Assembly (NCBI GenBank): GCA_040389185.1
Contig: JAZKAJ010000007.1
Location: 5,127 to 69,126, forward strand
Direction of reading: 5' to 3'
DNA: 64,000 nucleotides
Source of the DNA: Patescibacteria group bacterium
GTDB lineage: Bacteria > Patescibacteriota > Minisyncoccia > Phycocordibacterales > CAIRYW01
The translations under genes were made by a program, and so were the position numbers. Numbering within the stretch: position 1 is the first letter of the stretch; the number at the start of each line of letters is the position of its first letter. Shown here piece after piece: positions 1 to 11,349 of this stretch. The notes beneath the pieces are model-generated. The model saw nothing but the letters and a program-made list of their open reading frames with translations, had not been told where the DNA came from and did not search any database.

Positions 1-269
1 AAGTAAAAGCAACAGCAAAAAAAGATTCAACTCAAATGATTATTGGAGTAACAGAAGAGATCAAAGAGATTAGAACCAAAAAAGGTGATCTTATGGCCTT
101 CGTTAAAGTTGGAGACTTTAGTGGAATGATGGAAGTAGTACTTTTTCCTAAAATATACGCAGATGTAAAGCAGCTTTTCAGTGGTGAAAAATGTCTTCGA
201 ATCGATGGAAAAATTTCAATGAAAGATGATGTCATGAGTATTTTGGCTGATAAGGTAAAAGTGTTGTAG
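1..269 (+). CDS. dnaE: DNA polymerase III alpha subunit, C-terminal OB-fold fragment (gene starts upstream of window)
   Basis: The open frame runs from the window edge (codons from nt 3) with no stop. The translated segment ...KKGDLMAFVKVGDFSGMMEVVLFPKIYADVKQLF...RIDGKISMKDD matches the C-terminal OB-fold of DnaE. The family call rests on recalled motif similarity only. Confidence 0.55.
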   Translation, partial: VKATAKKDSTQMIIGVTEEIKEIRTKKGDLMAFVKVGDFSGMMEVVLFPKIYADVKQLFSGEKCLRIDGKISMKDDVMSILADKVKVL

Positions 270-400
270 TAAACACAGTCAAACACTATTTGAAAAGCAC
301 GTTCACCCGTTCACTAACATATTGGTGATTACCCCAATGCTTTCTAAATACAGATTTGTTTATTTTAGAGATAATATTTAATAGGTAGAGTTAGTGTTCG

Positions 401-461
401 GGCAAGTAAAATTCTACTGAATTTTTGCTCAAGTCTCGCCTACCCGGCTCGAAGCCTTTTC
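401..461 (+). repeat. Copy C of a conserved bipartite 3' element: GCAAGUAAAAUUCUACUGAAUUUUUGCUCAAGUCUCGCCUACCCGGCUCGAAGCCUUUUC
   Basis: Near-identical to the minus-sense sequence at 62469-62534, and related to 37496-37563. It has a hairpin AAAUUCUACUGAAUUU followed by the conserved tail GUCUCGCCUACCCGGCUCGAAGCC and a U-run. It lies about 130 nt downstream of the dnaE stop on the same strand. Confidence 0.55.
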
Positions 462-573
462 AAATAATGTTCTCCTATGTTTTGGTGGTGGGAAGTGGAA
501 AAATGCTGGGCAAGGACACAAAGATTGCCTAGCATTTTTATTTATATGATAAAATTATCTAAACCAACCGTAC

Positions 574-834
574 ATGAACACGTCAGAATTGCACATTGAG
601 TACTGCTATGTAGGATCTGATGATGTAGAAAAATGTTTTGTAAGATTTGCAGAACCTCAACCATTCTCATATATCCTAAGTATTATGAAACTAGGTAGAG
701 AAAGGCAAACCTTGCATTATCATCTCAAACAGATTTTTGATCGCGCTTCTATAGTTGTCGAAATATCAAATGTAGATCACTATGGAAAGGATAAAGACCA
801 AAAATTTTTGTTCTATTCACCAGATTGCCGCTAA
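574..834 (+). CDS. hypothetical protein (86 aa)
   Basis: An ORF immediately followed by a strong intrinsic terminator. No recognisable domain. Confidence 0.35.
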   Translation: MNTSELHIEYCYVGSDDVEKCFVRFAEPQPFSYILSIMKLGRERQTLHYHLKQIFDRASIVVEISNVDHYGKDKDQKFLFYSPDCR

Positions 835-868
835 TACCCTTTCGCGTTCCGCGAAAGGGTATTTTTTA
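835..868 (+). terminator. Rho-independent terminator hairpin ACCCUUUCGCG-UUCC-GCGAAAGGGU plus U-run
   Basis: Perfect 10-bp GC-rich stem followed by TATTTTTT, read directly from the sequence. Confidence 0.65.
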
Positions 869-903
869 ATATTTTTCTTGACCAATCCCTATATTCTAGT
901 AGT

Positions 904-1191
904 GTGTATGCAAATGCTCTTATGATGAAACCTCACATAACCATCAGCCTCATTCTCAAAGGAGTGGAAGTTGGTTTTTTACAGTTTCCATCATCCACCA
1001 ACTTAAAATCGAAAAACATCAAAGATAAATTACGAATCTCAAAAACCGATAGACCTCTTGATCAAATAAGAAAAATACTCCCACTCGGGATAGTATCAAA
1101 AAGGATCGGTAAAAAGGAAGTAATTGATTTTCGGATAAATATTCGAGTTAAGCGCAAAAAAGCGCCCAAAACTGCCCGACACAAAAAGTAA
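904..1191 (+). CDS. hypothetical basic protein (95 aa), doubtful
   Basis: ORF only. Lys/Arg-rich C-terminus, no RBS seen. Confidence 0.15.
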   Translation: MYANALMMKPHITISLILKGVEVGFLQFPSSTNLKSKNIKDKLRISKTDRPLDQIRKILPLGIVSKRIGKKEVIDFRINIRVKRKKAPKTARHKK

Positions 1192-1257
1192 ACGGGTGGT
1201 TTTTTTATACCTCCAAATATGCTAATCTATACTCGAATAGGACAATTTACAGAAATA

Positions 1258-1362
1258 CTTGTCCCGTTAAAAAATCACCAAATCCATGGTGAACAATATG
1301 ATTATAATTAGACAGACTTTAGCAGAAACAAGAGATTACTCTTTAATTTTTTAATTGGGATG
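1258..1362 (+). promoter_or_regulatory. thrS leader with long-range start-codon-sequestering helix (degenerate member of the leader family)
   Basis: The distal arm CUUGUCCCGUUAAAAAAUC (1258-1276) can pair with the proximal arm AUUUUUUAAUUGGGAUG (1346-1362), which contains the thrS ATG. The same distal motif CUUGUCCCGUUA occurs in the gyrB leader. Confidence 0.4.
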
Positions 1363-3114
1363 GAAAACAAAGAAAAAGCAGAAAACTTATCAAAAAAGCG
1401 ACATACTCTCGCCCACCTTTTGGCGGAAGCGGTTATTGAAAATTACCCTAGTGTACAGTTAACTCTCGGCCCAGCGATCGACACAGGATTTTACTACGAT
1501 ATAGACTTTGGTGCTGAGAAGATCTCGGATCAAGACCTCGAAAAGATTGAAAAAACGATGCGAAAAAATCTTTCAAAATGGACAGAATTTTCACATCAAG
1601 AAGTCACTGCAGACGAAGCTAAAGCAGTATTCAAAAACAACTCATACAAAACAGAACTCATTGAGGAGATCTCCGGACGTGGCGAACCGATCACTCTCTA
1701 TACTTGCGGAGGATTCACTGATCTCTGTCGTGGAGGACACTCAGAAAATCCTGCAAAAGAAATCGGCGCTGACTCTTTCAAACTTTCTCGAGTCGCGGGC
1801 GCATACTGGCGAGGTGATGAGAAGAACAAAATGCTTACTCGTATCTACGGACTCGCATTTGATACAAAAGAAGAACTCGTTGCATACGAAACACAACTCG
1901 AAGAAGCAAAGAAACGAGATCACAAAGTTATCGGACGTGAGATGGGACTTTTTACATTCTCTCCTCTTGTTGGAGCAGGGCTTCCACTTTGGACTCCAAA
2001 AGGAACAATTATTCGAGAACTCTTGAATGATTTTGTTTGGGAACTTCGAAAAGTCAAAGGCTACGAAAAAGTATGTATTCCCCATATCACAAAAAGAGAA
2101 CTTTATGACACTTCAGGACATTGGGACAAATATGCAGACGATCTTTTCAAGATTCATACTCGTGAAGACCATCTCTATGCGATGAAGCCAATGAACTGTC
2201 CCCACCACACACAGATCTTTGATGCAGAACCCCGCAGCTACCGAGATATGCCGCAGCGATATGCAGAGACAACAATGGTATATCGAGATGAGCAATCAGG
2301 AGAACTCTCAGGACTTTCTCGAGTGCTTTCTATTACTCAAGATGATGCCCATGTATTTTGCCGTGAGACACAAATCGAAGAAGAGTGTATGGCGGTCTGG
2401 GATATTGTGGAAACTTTTTACAAGACATTTGGATTTGATCTCAAAGTCAGATTCTCAACTCATGACCCGAAAGAAAGAACTAAATATCTAGGCAGTGATG
2501 AAGTCTGGACAAAAGCAGAACTCGCACTCGAAAACTTGATGAAGAAAAAAGGAGTTGAATGGATGGACGGAACAGGCGAAGCAGCGTTTTACGGACCAAA
2601 GATCGACTTCATTGCAAAAGATTCTATCGGCCGGGTACTTCAGGTAGCAACAATCCAGCTCGACTTCAACCAGCCAAAAAACTTTGGACTCGTTTGCACA
2701 AACGAAAAAGGTGAAAAAGAACAGGTGGTGATGATCCACGCAGCGATCATGGGATCAATCGAAAGATTCATGTCGACTTTGATCGAGCACACCGCAGGAG
2801 TATTTCCACTCTGGCTCTCACCTACTCAAGTACGAATCGTTCCTATCGGTGACAATGAAATCGAGTATGCAACAAATCTCAGAAAGACCTTGCGAGAAAA
2901 TGGTATTCGAGCAGATCTCGACCTTGGTAATGATTCATTCGGTAAAAAGATTCGAAATGCTAAAACAGAAAAGATTCCATACATCGCGGTTATCGGTAAA
3001 AAAGAAGTGGAAGCAGGACAAGTCACTCTCGAAGGTAGAACTGAAAAATTTGTCTTGAGTATTGAAGATGTGGTAAAGAAATTGTTTGAAGAGACAAAAA
3101 ACAAAATTAACTAG
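1360..3114 (+). CDS. thrS: threonine--tRNA ligase (short form lacking the N-terminal TGS domain)
   Basis: 584-aa ORF with class II aaRS motifs and ThrRS-specific segments (RDHKVIGREMGLFTF, HAAIMGSIERF) and a C-terminal anticodon-binding domain. Confidence 0.93.
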   Translation: MENKEKAENLSKKRHTLAHLLAEAVIENYPSVQLTLGPAIDTGFYYDIDFGAEKISDQDLEKIEKTMRKNLSKWTEFSHQEVTADEAKAVFKNNSYKTELIEEISGRGEPITLYTCGGFTDLCRGGHSENPAKEIGADSFKLSRVAGAYWRGDEKNKMLTRIYGLAFDTKEELVAYETQLEEAKKRDHKVIGREMGLFTFSPLVGAGLPLWTPKGTIIRELLNDFVWELRKVKGYEKVCIPHITKRELYDTSGHWDKYADDLFKIHTREDHLYAMKPMNCPHHTQIFDAEPRSYRDMPQRYAETTMVYRDEQSGELSGLSRVLSITQDDAHVFCRETQIEEECMAVWDIVETFYKTFGFDLKVRFSTHDPKERTKYLGSDEVWTKAELALENLMKKKGVEWMDGTGEAAFYGPKIDFIAKDSIGRVLQVATIQLDFNQPKNFGLVCTNEKGEKEQVVMIHAAIMGSIERFMSTLIEHTAGVFPLWLSPTQVRIVPIGDNEIEYATNLRKTLRENGIRADLDLGNDSFGKKIRNAKTEKIPYIAVIGKKEVEAGQVTLEGRTEKFVLSIEDVVKKLFEETKNKIN

Positions 3115-3138
3115 GTAGAAAATAAAATTTGAAATTCA

Positions 3139-3178
3139 AACGCGCGGCACCTTTCGGGACCGCGCGTGTTTGATTTTG
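3139..3178 (+). terminator. thrS terminator hairpin (CGCGCGG...CCGCGCG) followed by a T-rich tract
   Basis: 7-bp GC stem 25 nt after the thrS stop, then TGTTTGATTTTG. Confidence 0.45.
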
Positions 3179-3476
3179 ATGTTTATAAGGTCATATTTCA
3201 GACAACGACACATTCCTCCGACTCAAGACGCTCTGATAACGCATCAAACGACAATAAGAAGGTGGTGAAAATGCGAGTGACTGAACCGTCTTGAATGTGT
3301 ACGGTTTTTGAAAACCAACTACACCCAAAACATATCAGACCATATGAACTCAAATAAGGAGCAGAATTACAGTGTGGGCACCGTGGGCAGTGTGTTTCGT
3401 CCATAATCCGCACAATAACATATTTTTTATAAAAAGCAATGGTCTCAATATATCTGTATTAAAATGACGCTCAACC

Positions 3477-3716
3477 CTACTCGGTGTTGTGCGTCTGTCC
3501 ATTAGCCGAAGCTTTAGGAAGATTACTGGGTGATGCAGCGACAAGCTTGCGAAAAAACTCAATGCTGCGCAAGCTCGGGATATCTCTCGAAAAAACAGGA
3601 GGAGGCATCGCGTGACCGGCAACAACAGTCCATCCAGGAGGCAAATCACGATAAGCACCTACACTATAATTGCGATGATCCATCCCCGAGCAGAAAGAAC
3701 GATTATTAGCATTCAT
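3477..3716 (-). CDS. hypothetical Pro-rich protein (79 aa) within a GC-rich (about 50%) non-coding-looking island; may instead be part of an ncRNA
   Basis: ORF preceded by GGAGAAAGGTAGG (RBS-like). Composition is atypical for the window. The island is bounded by the thrS terminator and terminator T1a. Confidence 0.2.
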   Translation of the reverse strand: MNANNRSFCSGMDHRNYSVGAYRDLPPGWTVVAGHAMPPPVFSRDIPSLRSIEFFRKLVAASPSNLPKASANGQTHNTE

Positions 3717-3747
3717 ATTAATATCATCCTACCTTTCTCCAATCCTA

Positions 3748-3790
3748 AAATCAAACAGCACCGCGGCGTAGCCGCGGTGCTGTTTTAAAT
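3748..3790. terminator. Family-1 conserved bidirectional terminator (T1a): A-run, CAGCACCGCGG-CGUAG-CCGCGGUGCUG, U-run
   Basis: GC-rich perfect hairpin flanked by AAAATCAAA and TTTTAAATTT. One of 5 near-identical copies in the window. Sits 38 nt past the sortase stop. Confidence 0.6.
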
Positions 3791-3827
3791 TTCCTCATTA
3801 ACTCACCCCTCACAACCCATCACTTTT

Positions 3828-4472
3828 CTATTTCGCTTCCTTACTTACAAACATTGCTTCCGCAACATACCTCTCCTGCTTTTGTCCAAACGTATTACAA
3901 GTTGAAAGTGTCAGCATATTTTTGTCTGTTCCAAAATCAATGAATTCCTTTGTTGCATCTACAAGAGAAACTTTTTCTACCGAATATGTATATCGACTTG
4001 TTGCAGAATCAACGTAAATCAAATCTCCCGCTTTTAATTTTTCAATTCCGTTTAGAGACTTGTATGCTTTGTTCTGTACTACTGCCCAGTTTGAACTGTG
4101 TCCAAAGATAAGTACATTGCCGCTACCTAATAATGCCGAGTCAGGGTATCGTATTGTCCCACGAGTGAGATACTCATCGAGGATCGTATTATCTTTTGTT
4201 GTTGGATTTTGCACCAAAATATCAATATCGGTATTAGGGATTGTGAGGTGTATAGGTTCTTCACCAGCTTCTTTTGGTAGAGTAGCTTTTGTCTCTGTCA
4301 TTTGCATCGCATTGAACCGAATATCGTCAAGTACACCATTACTTTCGCTTGAGATCTCACTAGGTACAAGCCCCAGTGCATAGAGACCAATGAAACTGAC
4401 CAGAAATACACCTGTGAAAGTAGATACGAATCGAACATCCCCTCTTTTCCAAAAAGCCTTGTATTTATTCAT
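3828..4472 (-). CDS. sortase family transpeptidase
   Basis: N-terminal TM segment plus sortase signatures LIFGHSS and catalytic TLSTCN (TLxTC). Confidence 0.75.
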   Translation of the reverse strand: MNKYKAFWKRGDVRFVSTFTGVFLVSFIGLYALGLVPSEISSESNGVLDDIRFNAMQMTETKATLPKEAGEEPIHLTIPNTDIDILVQNPTTKDNTILDEYLTRGTIRYPDSALLGSGNVLIFGHSSNWAVVQNKAYKSLNGIEKLKAGDLIYVDSATSRYTYSVEKVSLVDATKEFIDFGTDKNMLTLSTCNTFGQKQERYVAEAMFVSKEAK

Positions 4473-4581
4473 ATATTTTCATTATATAAAGGATTTTTAA
4501 GGACGTCAATTAAGTACTTGACATTTACCTTTAAAAGATATATAATATACTCATAAATCTAAAAGATTAACAAATACATTT

Positions 4582-6045
4582 ATGTCTCAAGACCCACACA
4601 TTATTGTAGAAGACCATACAAACGATGCTCCAAAGAAGAGTAACTCTATTGTTCGTGGAGCAATTATAGTTGCAATTATCCTCGTACTCCTCTTTATCGC
4701 GCTTGCTATAGTTAAATTCGTACCAAAACTTATTTCTTCATTCGGTACTGCGAGTGTTTCTCTCTCTTCGCTCTTTAGCCCAAAAGAAAACATTACTGTA
4801 AGTGCTCCCTCTGAAGTGAAGAGTGGTTCGCCATTCACAGTAAGTTGGAAAAACAATGTGACTGAACCTGCAGGTTCACTTATGTGGAGCTACCAATGTG
4901 CTGACAATGTCACTGTTGAATATACTTCAACAGGAGGTCAGAGACCGGTTATTTGTAACACCCTCTTCCCCCTTCCAGCAACTGGCAACAGCTATTCTTT
5001 TGTTGCAAAAAACTCTGGTACAGCGAGTGTACCTGTCACAATGACAGTGGCACTCTATGATGCTGATATGAAAACTGTAAAGGTGCAAGGATCTACAAAT
5101 ATGACAGTACTCGCACCTGGAAGCACAGCAACTGTTGTCTCACAGTACAATCCTGATTACAGTGCCACAACAACACCAAGTACAAACAACAACTCAACAA
5201 ATACAAATACTAACGGAACAACAAAAACAACAACCAAGACAACTACGAACAATACTAATTACAATACAGGAGTTACAAATGGAACACCTGACTTAAGTGT
5301 GAGCCTCGTAAAGGTTGGACGAACACAGAACGACGGTTCATACATAAGTACAAATTCATTTGCAGAAAATGATCGAGTGACCGTGATATTTAAAGTAACA
5401 AATACCGGTACAGCTCGCTCTGGAACTTGGAGTCTCCGAGCAGATCTTCCTACAAAGACACAATCTGACAAAGTATATGTTTCTAACGCGCAGCCAGCAC
5501 TTAATCCTGGAGACTCATACCAGATGACAATCTCATTTGATGCCTTTGATCCAAACGGACGAAATATTATAATCACTATAAGCAACAACGACTACAACCA
5601 ATCAAACAATGTTTTGAATATTCCAGTCACTTCAAATGGTAACAATTCAAACAACGATAACAACAATAGCACCGGAAGTCGCCCAGATCTTACAGTCAGA
5701 ATCATTGATGTTGGAACAATGGGTAATAACAACCAGTTCTACTACTCAAACTCGCTTAATAGTAATGACAAGATCGCAGTAAAGTTTGAGATCCAGAACA
5801 TCGGCGGATCAAATTCTGGAAGCTTCCGATTCACTGCTGATCTCCCAACAAGTGACAACAATACATTCGAATCAAGTAATCAGTCATCACTTGCTCCGGG
5901 CGAAACAAGACAATACACACTTGGATTTGATAATCCAGACACCGGAACAAATACGATCACAATCGATGTCGACTCTGATAATGATATTCGAGAAAACAAT
6001 GAGAACAATAATGATGACTCGATGAGAGTTCGAATCAATAACTAA
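4582..6045 (+). CDS. membrane-anchored surface protein with Thr/Asn-rich linker and CARDB-like repeats
   Basis: N-terminal TM helix, an STN-rich low-complexity linker, and repeated PDL(S/T)V...VKVG segments typical of CARDB domains. No C-terminal LPXTG. Confidence 0.6.
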   Translation: MSQDPHIIVEDHTNDAPKKSNSIVRGAIIVAIILVLLFIALAIVKFVPKLISSFGTASVSLSSLFSPKENITVSAPSEVKSGSPFTVSWKNNVTEPAGSLMWSYQCADNVTVEYTSTGGQRPVICNTLFPLPATGNSYSFVAKNSGTASVPVTMTVALYDADMKTVKVQGSTNMTVLAPGSTATVVSQYNPDYSATTTPSTNNNSTNTNTNGTTKTTTKTTTNNTNYNTGVTNGTPDLSVSLVKVGRTQNDGSYISTNSFAENDRVTVIFKVTNTGTARSGTWSLRADLPTKTQSDKVYVSNAQPALNPGDSYQMTISFDAFDPNGRNIIITISNNDYNQSNNVLNIPVTSNGNNSNNDNNNSTGSRPDLTVRIIDVGTMGNNNQFYYSNSLNSNDKIAVKFEIQNIGGSNSGSFRFTADLPTSDNNTFESSNQSSLAPGETRQYTLGFDNPDTGTNTITIDVDSDNDIRENNENNNDDSMRVRINN

Positions 6046-6081
6046 CAGCAAGAGTGAAAAGTGATTAGGAATTAGTAAAAA

Positions 6082-6116
6082 GAAAAAGTGCCGCGGCTAC
6101 GCCGCGGTACTTTTTA
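6082..6116. terminator. Family-1 conserved bidirectional terminator (T1b): AGUGCCGCGG-CUAC-GCCGCGGUACU
   Basis: Hairpin with one G.U pair, flanked by A-run and T-run, between convergent genes (CARDB + / gyrB -). Confidence 0.6.
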
Positions 6117-6149
6117 ATTTACTTTCTACTTTTCACTAATTACTTGTTA

Positions 6150-8317
<2,168 letters not shown>

Positions 8318-8403
8318 TTTGATATATTATACCAAATTTTACCTTTCAAAACTATTGACTATGACCATTTTCGTGATACTTTTAACTAGAACCACCGCCC
8401 ACC

Positions 8404-8502
8404 ATGCCCACACTTATTGCTCTTACTGTTGCTGCCTCAATTATGATTTACCTTGGAATTGAATTCCTCGAATGGCTTTACATGCCTAAGTCCAAGAATT
8501 GA
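8404..8502 (+). CDS. possible 32-aa hydrophobic peptide (MPTLIALTVAASIMIYLGIEFLEWLYMPKSKN)
   Basis: Short ORF below the ORF-track threshold with a single predicted TM helix and a TTGACT -35-like hexamer upstream. Speculative. Confidence 0.15.
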   Translation: MPTLIALTVAASIMIYLGIEFLEWLYMPKSKN

Positions 8503-8620
8503 GACATTCACCATCCTAATCGCCGTACTCCTCACCGAGCATCGGCTTTTTTATTTTCGACTCAAATTTTAGAATATGTTAAAATATTTTTAGACCCAAA
8601 ATAAACGGTCTCATATACAC

Positions 8621-8821
8621 ATGCCCTCAAGCGACAAACCTACACCACCCGAAATCCTGTCCTTCCGCGAAAAAATGAGAAGAAGAGACGCACTCCGCAA
8701 GAGAACACAAGGAGAATACCCCGACCACGAAGTCATTGCTGCCCTCTTGAGAGTAGTGCCGTTTCTTGGAGAAACTCTTCTCGACTTCTGGCGATCGATG
8801 CGGCGTCGTGTGGAAGCCTGA
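8621..8821 (+). CDS. hypothetical Arg/Pro-rich protein (66 aa) in a GC-rich (about 52%) patch
   Basis: ORF followed by a hairpin containing the palindrome GAGTGCATGCACTC and a T-run (8843-8885) on the plus strand. The patch composition is well above the window background. Confidence 0.3.
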   Translation: MPSSDKPTPPEILSFREKMRRRDALRKRTQGEYPDHEVIAALLRVVPFLGETLLDFWRSMRRRVEA

Positions 8822-8982
8822 CCGTTTCCGTTCTTTCATCACCAAACCGTTCCGAGTGCATGCACTCTGTTCGGTTTTTTATTTTCTTAAATATTTAAAT
8901 ATTGAAATACTTCAGCAGAAGCTTAACCCCTGAGGGTGAAATTTATCTCACTTCTCCGCTAAACTTTTGCTATCGCAAAACT

Positions 8983-10959
8983 TTAGCGGACAAGCCACTT
9001 ATTTTCCACAAGCGCACCGGTTATTCTCTCCATCACTTTATTTACCTCATCATCAGTAAGTGTCTTTTCATATGATTGAAACACGAGTCTGAATGCAAAA
9101 GAAGTTTTTTCTATTGCGCCCGTTTCTTTATTTGTCTTTTCAAACACATCAAAGAGTTCGTGACGAACCAAGAGATCTCCTACGTGAGTTTCTATCACAT
9201 GCCAGACTTTTCCTGCATTTGATTTGTCCCCTTCTACAAATACCGCAATATCTCGAACCATAAATGGATACGGAGAAGGTGCTTTATATTTCTTTACTTC
9301 TTTTGAAACAGGAATTTTGATTGATTCCTTTAGTTCAGGAAGACCTGCGATAAGGGCTTCAAAATCAACCTCCATTATTCCATCAAGATTATTTGTCATT
9401 CCGATTGATTTACCTCCTTTTGAAATAATCCCGCCACTATCATCCACCGTACACAGTATCTCAATTTTTGATCCTAAATGTTCGAAAAGTTCATCTCGTA
9501 CCACCTTGATCTCATCATTTGGTCTCTCGCCTTTCTTTGCTTTCTTATATGCAATACCGATACAAAGCGACAGAAATTCTCTCCCATCTTTCCACACTCG
9601 TCCAAATTCAAATACTTTGATCTTGTTTTGACCCAAAAGATCTGCATAATAAATATTATTTTTTAACTTCTCCTCCATTTGTGTTAAGAGATCTGTTCGG
9701 AGACTTTTCTTGTCTTCTGCAAGAGGATTCATTATTTCAACCTCTCCTTTTGGAGCCAATGTATATGACTGCACCTCACTAAATCCTCTTTCAATAAGGA
9801 AATTACGTACAATATTTCGATATGTAATATCATTGTTCAAAACAACTGGAATACTGATAACGGGAAGTGTTCCTTCAATATTCTCATACCCATAAAGCCT
9901 CCCAACCTCATCCACAATATCTTCTTTTATATTCAAATCCCTTCTTCCATCTGTTGGATATACCGCAATTAAAGCACCTTCTCGCCGTGCATTTATTGAT
10001 GCATTCTTTAGTAGCTCTATAATTGTTTCAGACGAAATTTCTTTTCCGAGCTTTTCACATATAAACTCAGGTGATACTTCAACCTTTTTTTCACTCTTTT
10101 TTGCAAGACCTGCAGACGAGATAGCGCTTACAGTAATCTCTGGATTTTCTTTTTTGAGTAATGAAACGAAATAGTTCAACGCTTCAATTGTGAGCATAGA
10201 GCTTACTCCATTTTCAAATCTCTTTGATGAATCAGTTTTGATATTGAGTTTTGTTGAAGTTTTACGTACGAGGCTTGCAACAAAATGTGCGGATTCAACA
10301 ATCACATGATCAGAATTATGAGTGGTCTCAGCTAGTTTGCCGCCTTTGATCCCAGCGATTGCAAGAGGATTTTTTTCATCTGCAATAACAACAATGCTCG
10401 AATCAAGCTTTACTTCTTTATTGTCCAAAGTGGTTATAGCTTCTCCCGTTCTTGCATATCGAACCACAATATCGCCCGATACCTTTTCTGCATCAAACAC
10501 ATGCATCGGCTGTCCAATATCAAGCATCACAAAGTTTGCAATATCTGCAAAGATATTGATAGATCGCTGTCCTACCGCTTCGAGCTTCTCTTTAAGCCAT
10601 AGAGGTGAATCAGCTTTTGTCACATTCATAATCCGGGTTGCATTATATGAATCACAAAAATCTCCCGCTTCGACAGAAACATTGACACCCATAACATCAT
10701 CAGCTTCGATTTCAGGAAGTATGCGAGGAATGAATTCATTGTCCGGAATGAGCGCCGCAAGCTCTTGTGCGACACCTTGATGTGAAAGACAGTATGATGC
10801 CCGATCTGGAAGCACTTTCACATCGAGGATATCATCGGTTGTTCTTTTCTCAATTCCCTCAACTTCAAAAATATGGAATGTCAAAAGCTCCGCAATCTTG
10901 TCGGACGACGGAAGAGGTTTCTTAAAATATGTCTGGAGCCACTTGTGTGAAATTTTCAT
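8983..10959 (-). CDS. pheT: phenylalanine--tRNA ligase beta subunit
   Basis: 658 aa. The N-terminus MKISHKWLQ... and domain order (B3/4, B5, catalytic-like, FDX-ACB) fit PheT. Confidence 0.88.
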   Translation of the reverse strand: MKISHKWLQTYFKKPLPSSDKIAELLTFHIFEVEGIEKRTTDDILDVKVLPDRASYCLSHQGVAQELAALIPDNEFIPRILPEIEADDVMGVNVSVEAGDFCDSYNATRIMNVTKADSPLWLKEKLEAVGQRSINIFADIANFVMLDIGQPMHVFDAEKVSGDIVVRYARTGEAITTLDNKEVKLDSSIVVIADEKNPLAIAGIKGGKLAETTHNSDHVIVESAHFVASLVRKTSTKLNIKTDSSKRFENGVSSMLTIEALNYFVSLLKKENPEITVSAISSAGLAKKSEKKVEVSPEFICEKLGKEISSETIIELLKNASINARREGALIAVYPTDGRRDLNIKEDIVDEVGRLYGYENIEGTLPVISIPVVLNNDITYRNIVRNFLIERGFSEVQSYTLAPKGEVEIMNPLAEDKKSLRTDLLTQMEEKLKNNIYYADLLGQNKIKVFEFGRVWKDGREFLSLCIGIAYKKAKKGERPNDEIKVVRDELFEHLGSKIEILCTVDDSGGIISKGGKSIGMTNNLDGIMEVDFEALIAGLPELKESIKIPVSKEVKKYKAPSPYPFMVRDIAVFVEGDKSNAGKVWHVIETHVGDLLVRHELFDVFEKTNKETGAIEKTSFAFRLVFQSYEKTLTDDEVNKVMERITGALVENKWLVR

Positions 10960-10962
10960 AAA

Positions 10963-11292
10963 TTATCGTGCAGATTTTTTGTGTGACACCGTGATGTTGA
11001 TAATAATCCACACCAAAAGTACGCTCGCTTCAATTATTACATCATTTACATATAGGATAATTGCAGCACCGACAGCAAACGACACAATACCAAAGAGATG
11101 ACCTTTGAGTGACACTGGCCAATTAATGAATCGTTTGTTGCCAGTATGTCCTAGTTTTGAAAACCAATATCCAAATCTACGATGATGGGCACCTTTCACA
11201 TATTCAACAGCTGAGACAATCACATATGCAAGCAGGATAAAGAAGATCACCATACCCCAAGAAAAATTTGTATTTAAAAAAAGATTTTGCAT
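10963..11292 (-). CDS. hypothetical membrane protein (109 aa, 3 predicted TM segments) between pheS and pheT
   Basis: Hydrophobic ORF tightly packed (4 nt) against the pheT start. Confidence 0.45.
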   Translation of the reverse strand: MQNLFLNTNFSWGMVIFFILLAYVIVSAVEYVKGAHHRRFGYWFSKLGHTGNKRFINWPVSLKGHLFGIVSFAVGAAIILYVNDVIIEASVLLVWIIINITVSHKKSAR

Positions 11293-11349
11293 ATTGAATT
11301 AATTTAATTATTTTTGCTTTGGACTTTTGACTTTCAGACTTTCGACTAC

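Noticed and set aside
1508-2085. ORFs 1508-2026 (+) and 1741-2085 (-) overlapping thrS
   Set aside because: They lie entirely within the well-supported thrS frame and their products are compositionally odd. Spurious.
3350-3658. ORF 3350-3658 (-) of 102 aa and ORF 3198-3413 (-)
   Set aside because: Leu/Cys-rich unlikely products overlapping the GC-rich non-coding island. There is no RBS.
4582-6045. Internal DLPTKT / DLPTSD motifs of the CARDB protein as sortase sorting signals
   Set aside because: They are internal, lack the Gly of LPXTG and are not followed by a TM segment plus basic tail. The protein has an N-terminal anchor instead.
8890-8982. Imperfect long hairpin CCGCUAAACUUUUGC...GCAAAACUUUAGCGG downstream of pheT as a terminator
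   Set aside because: No U-run follows it on either strand and it has central mismatches. It is noted as structure but not called as an intrinsic terminator.
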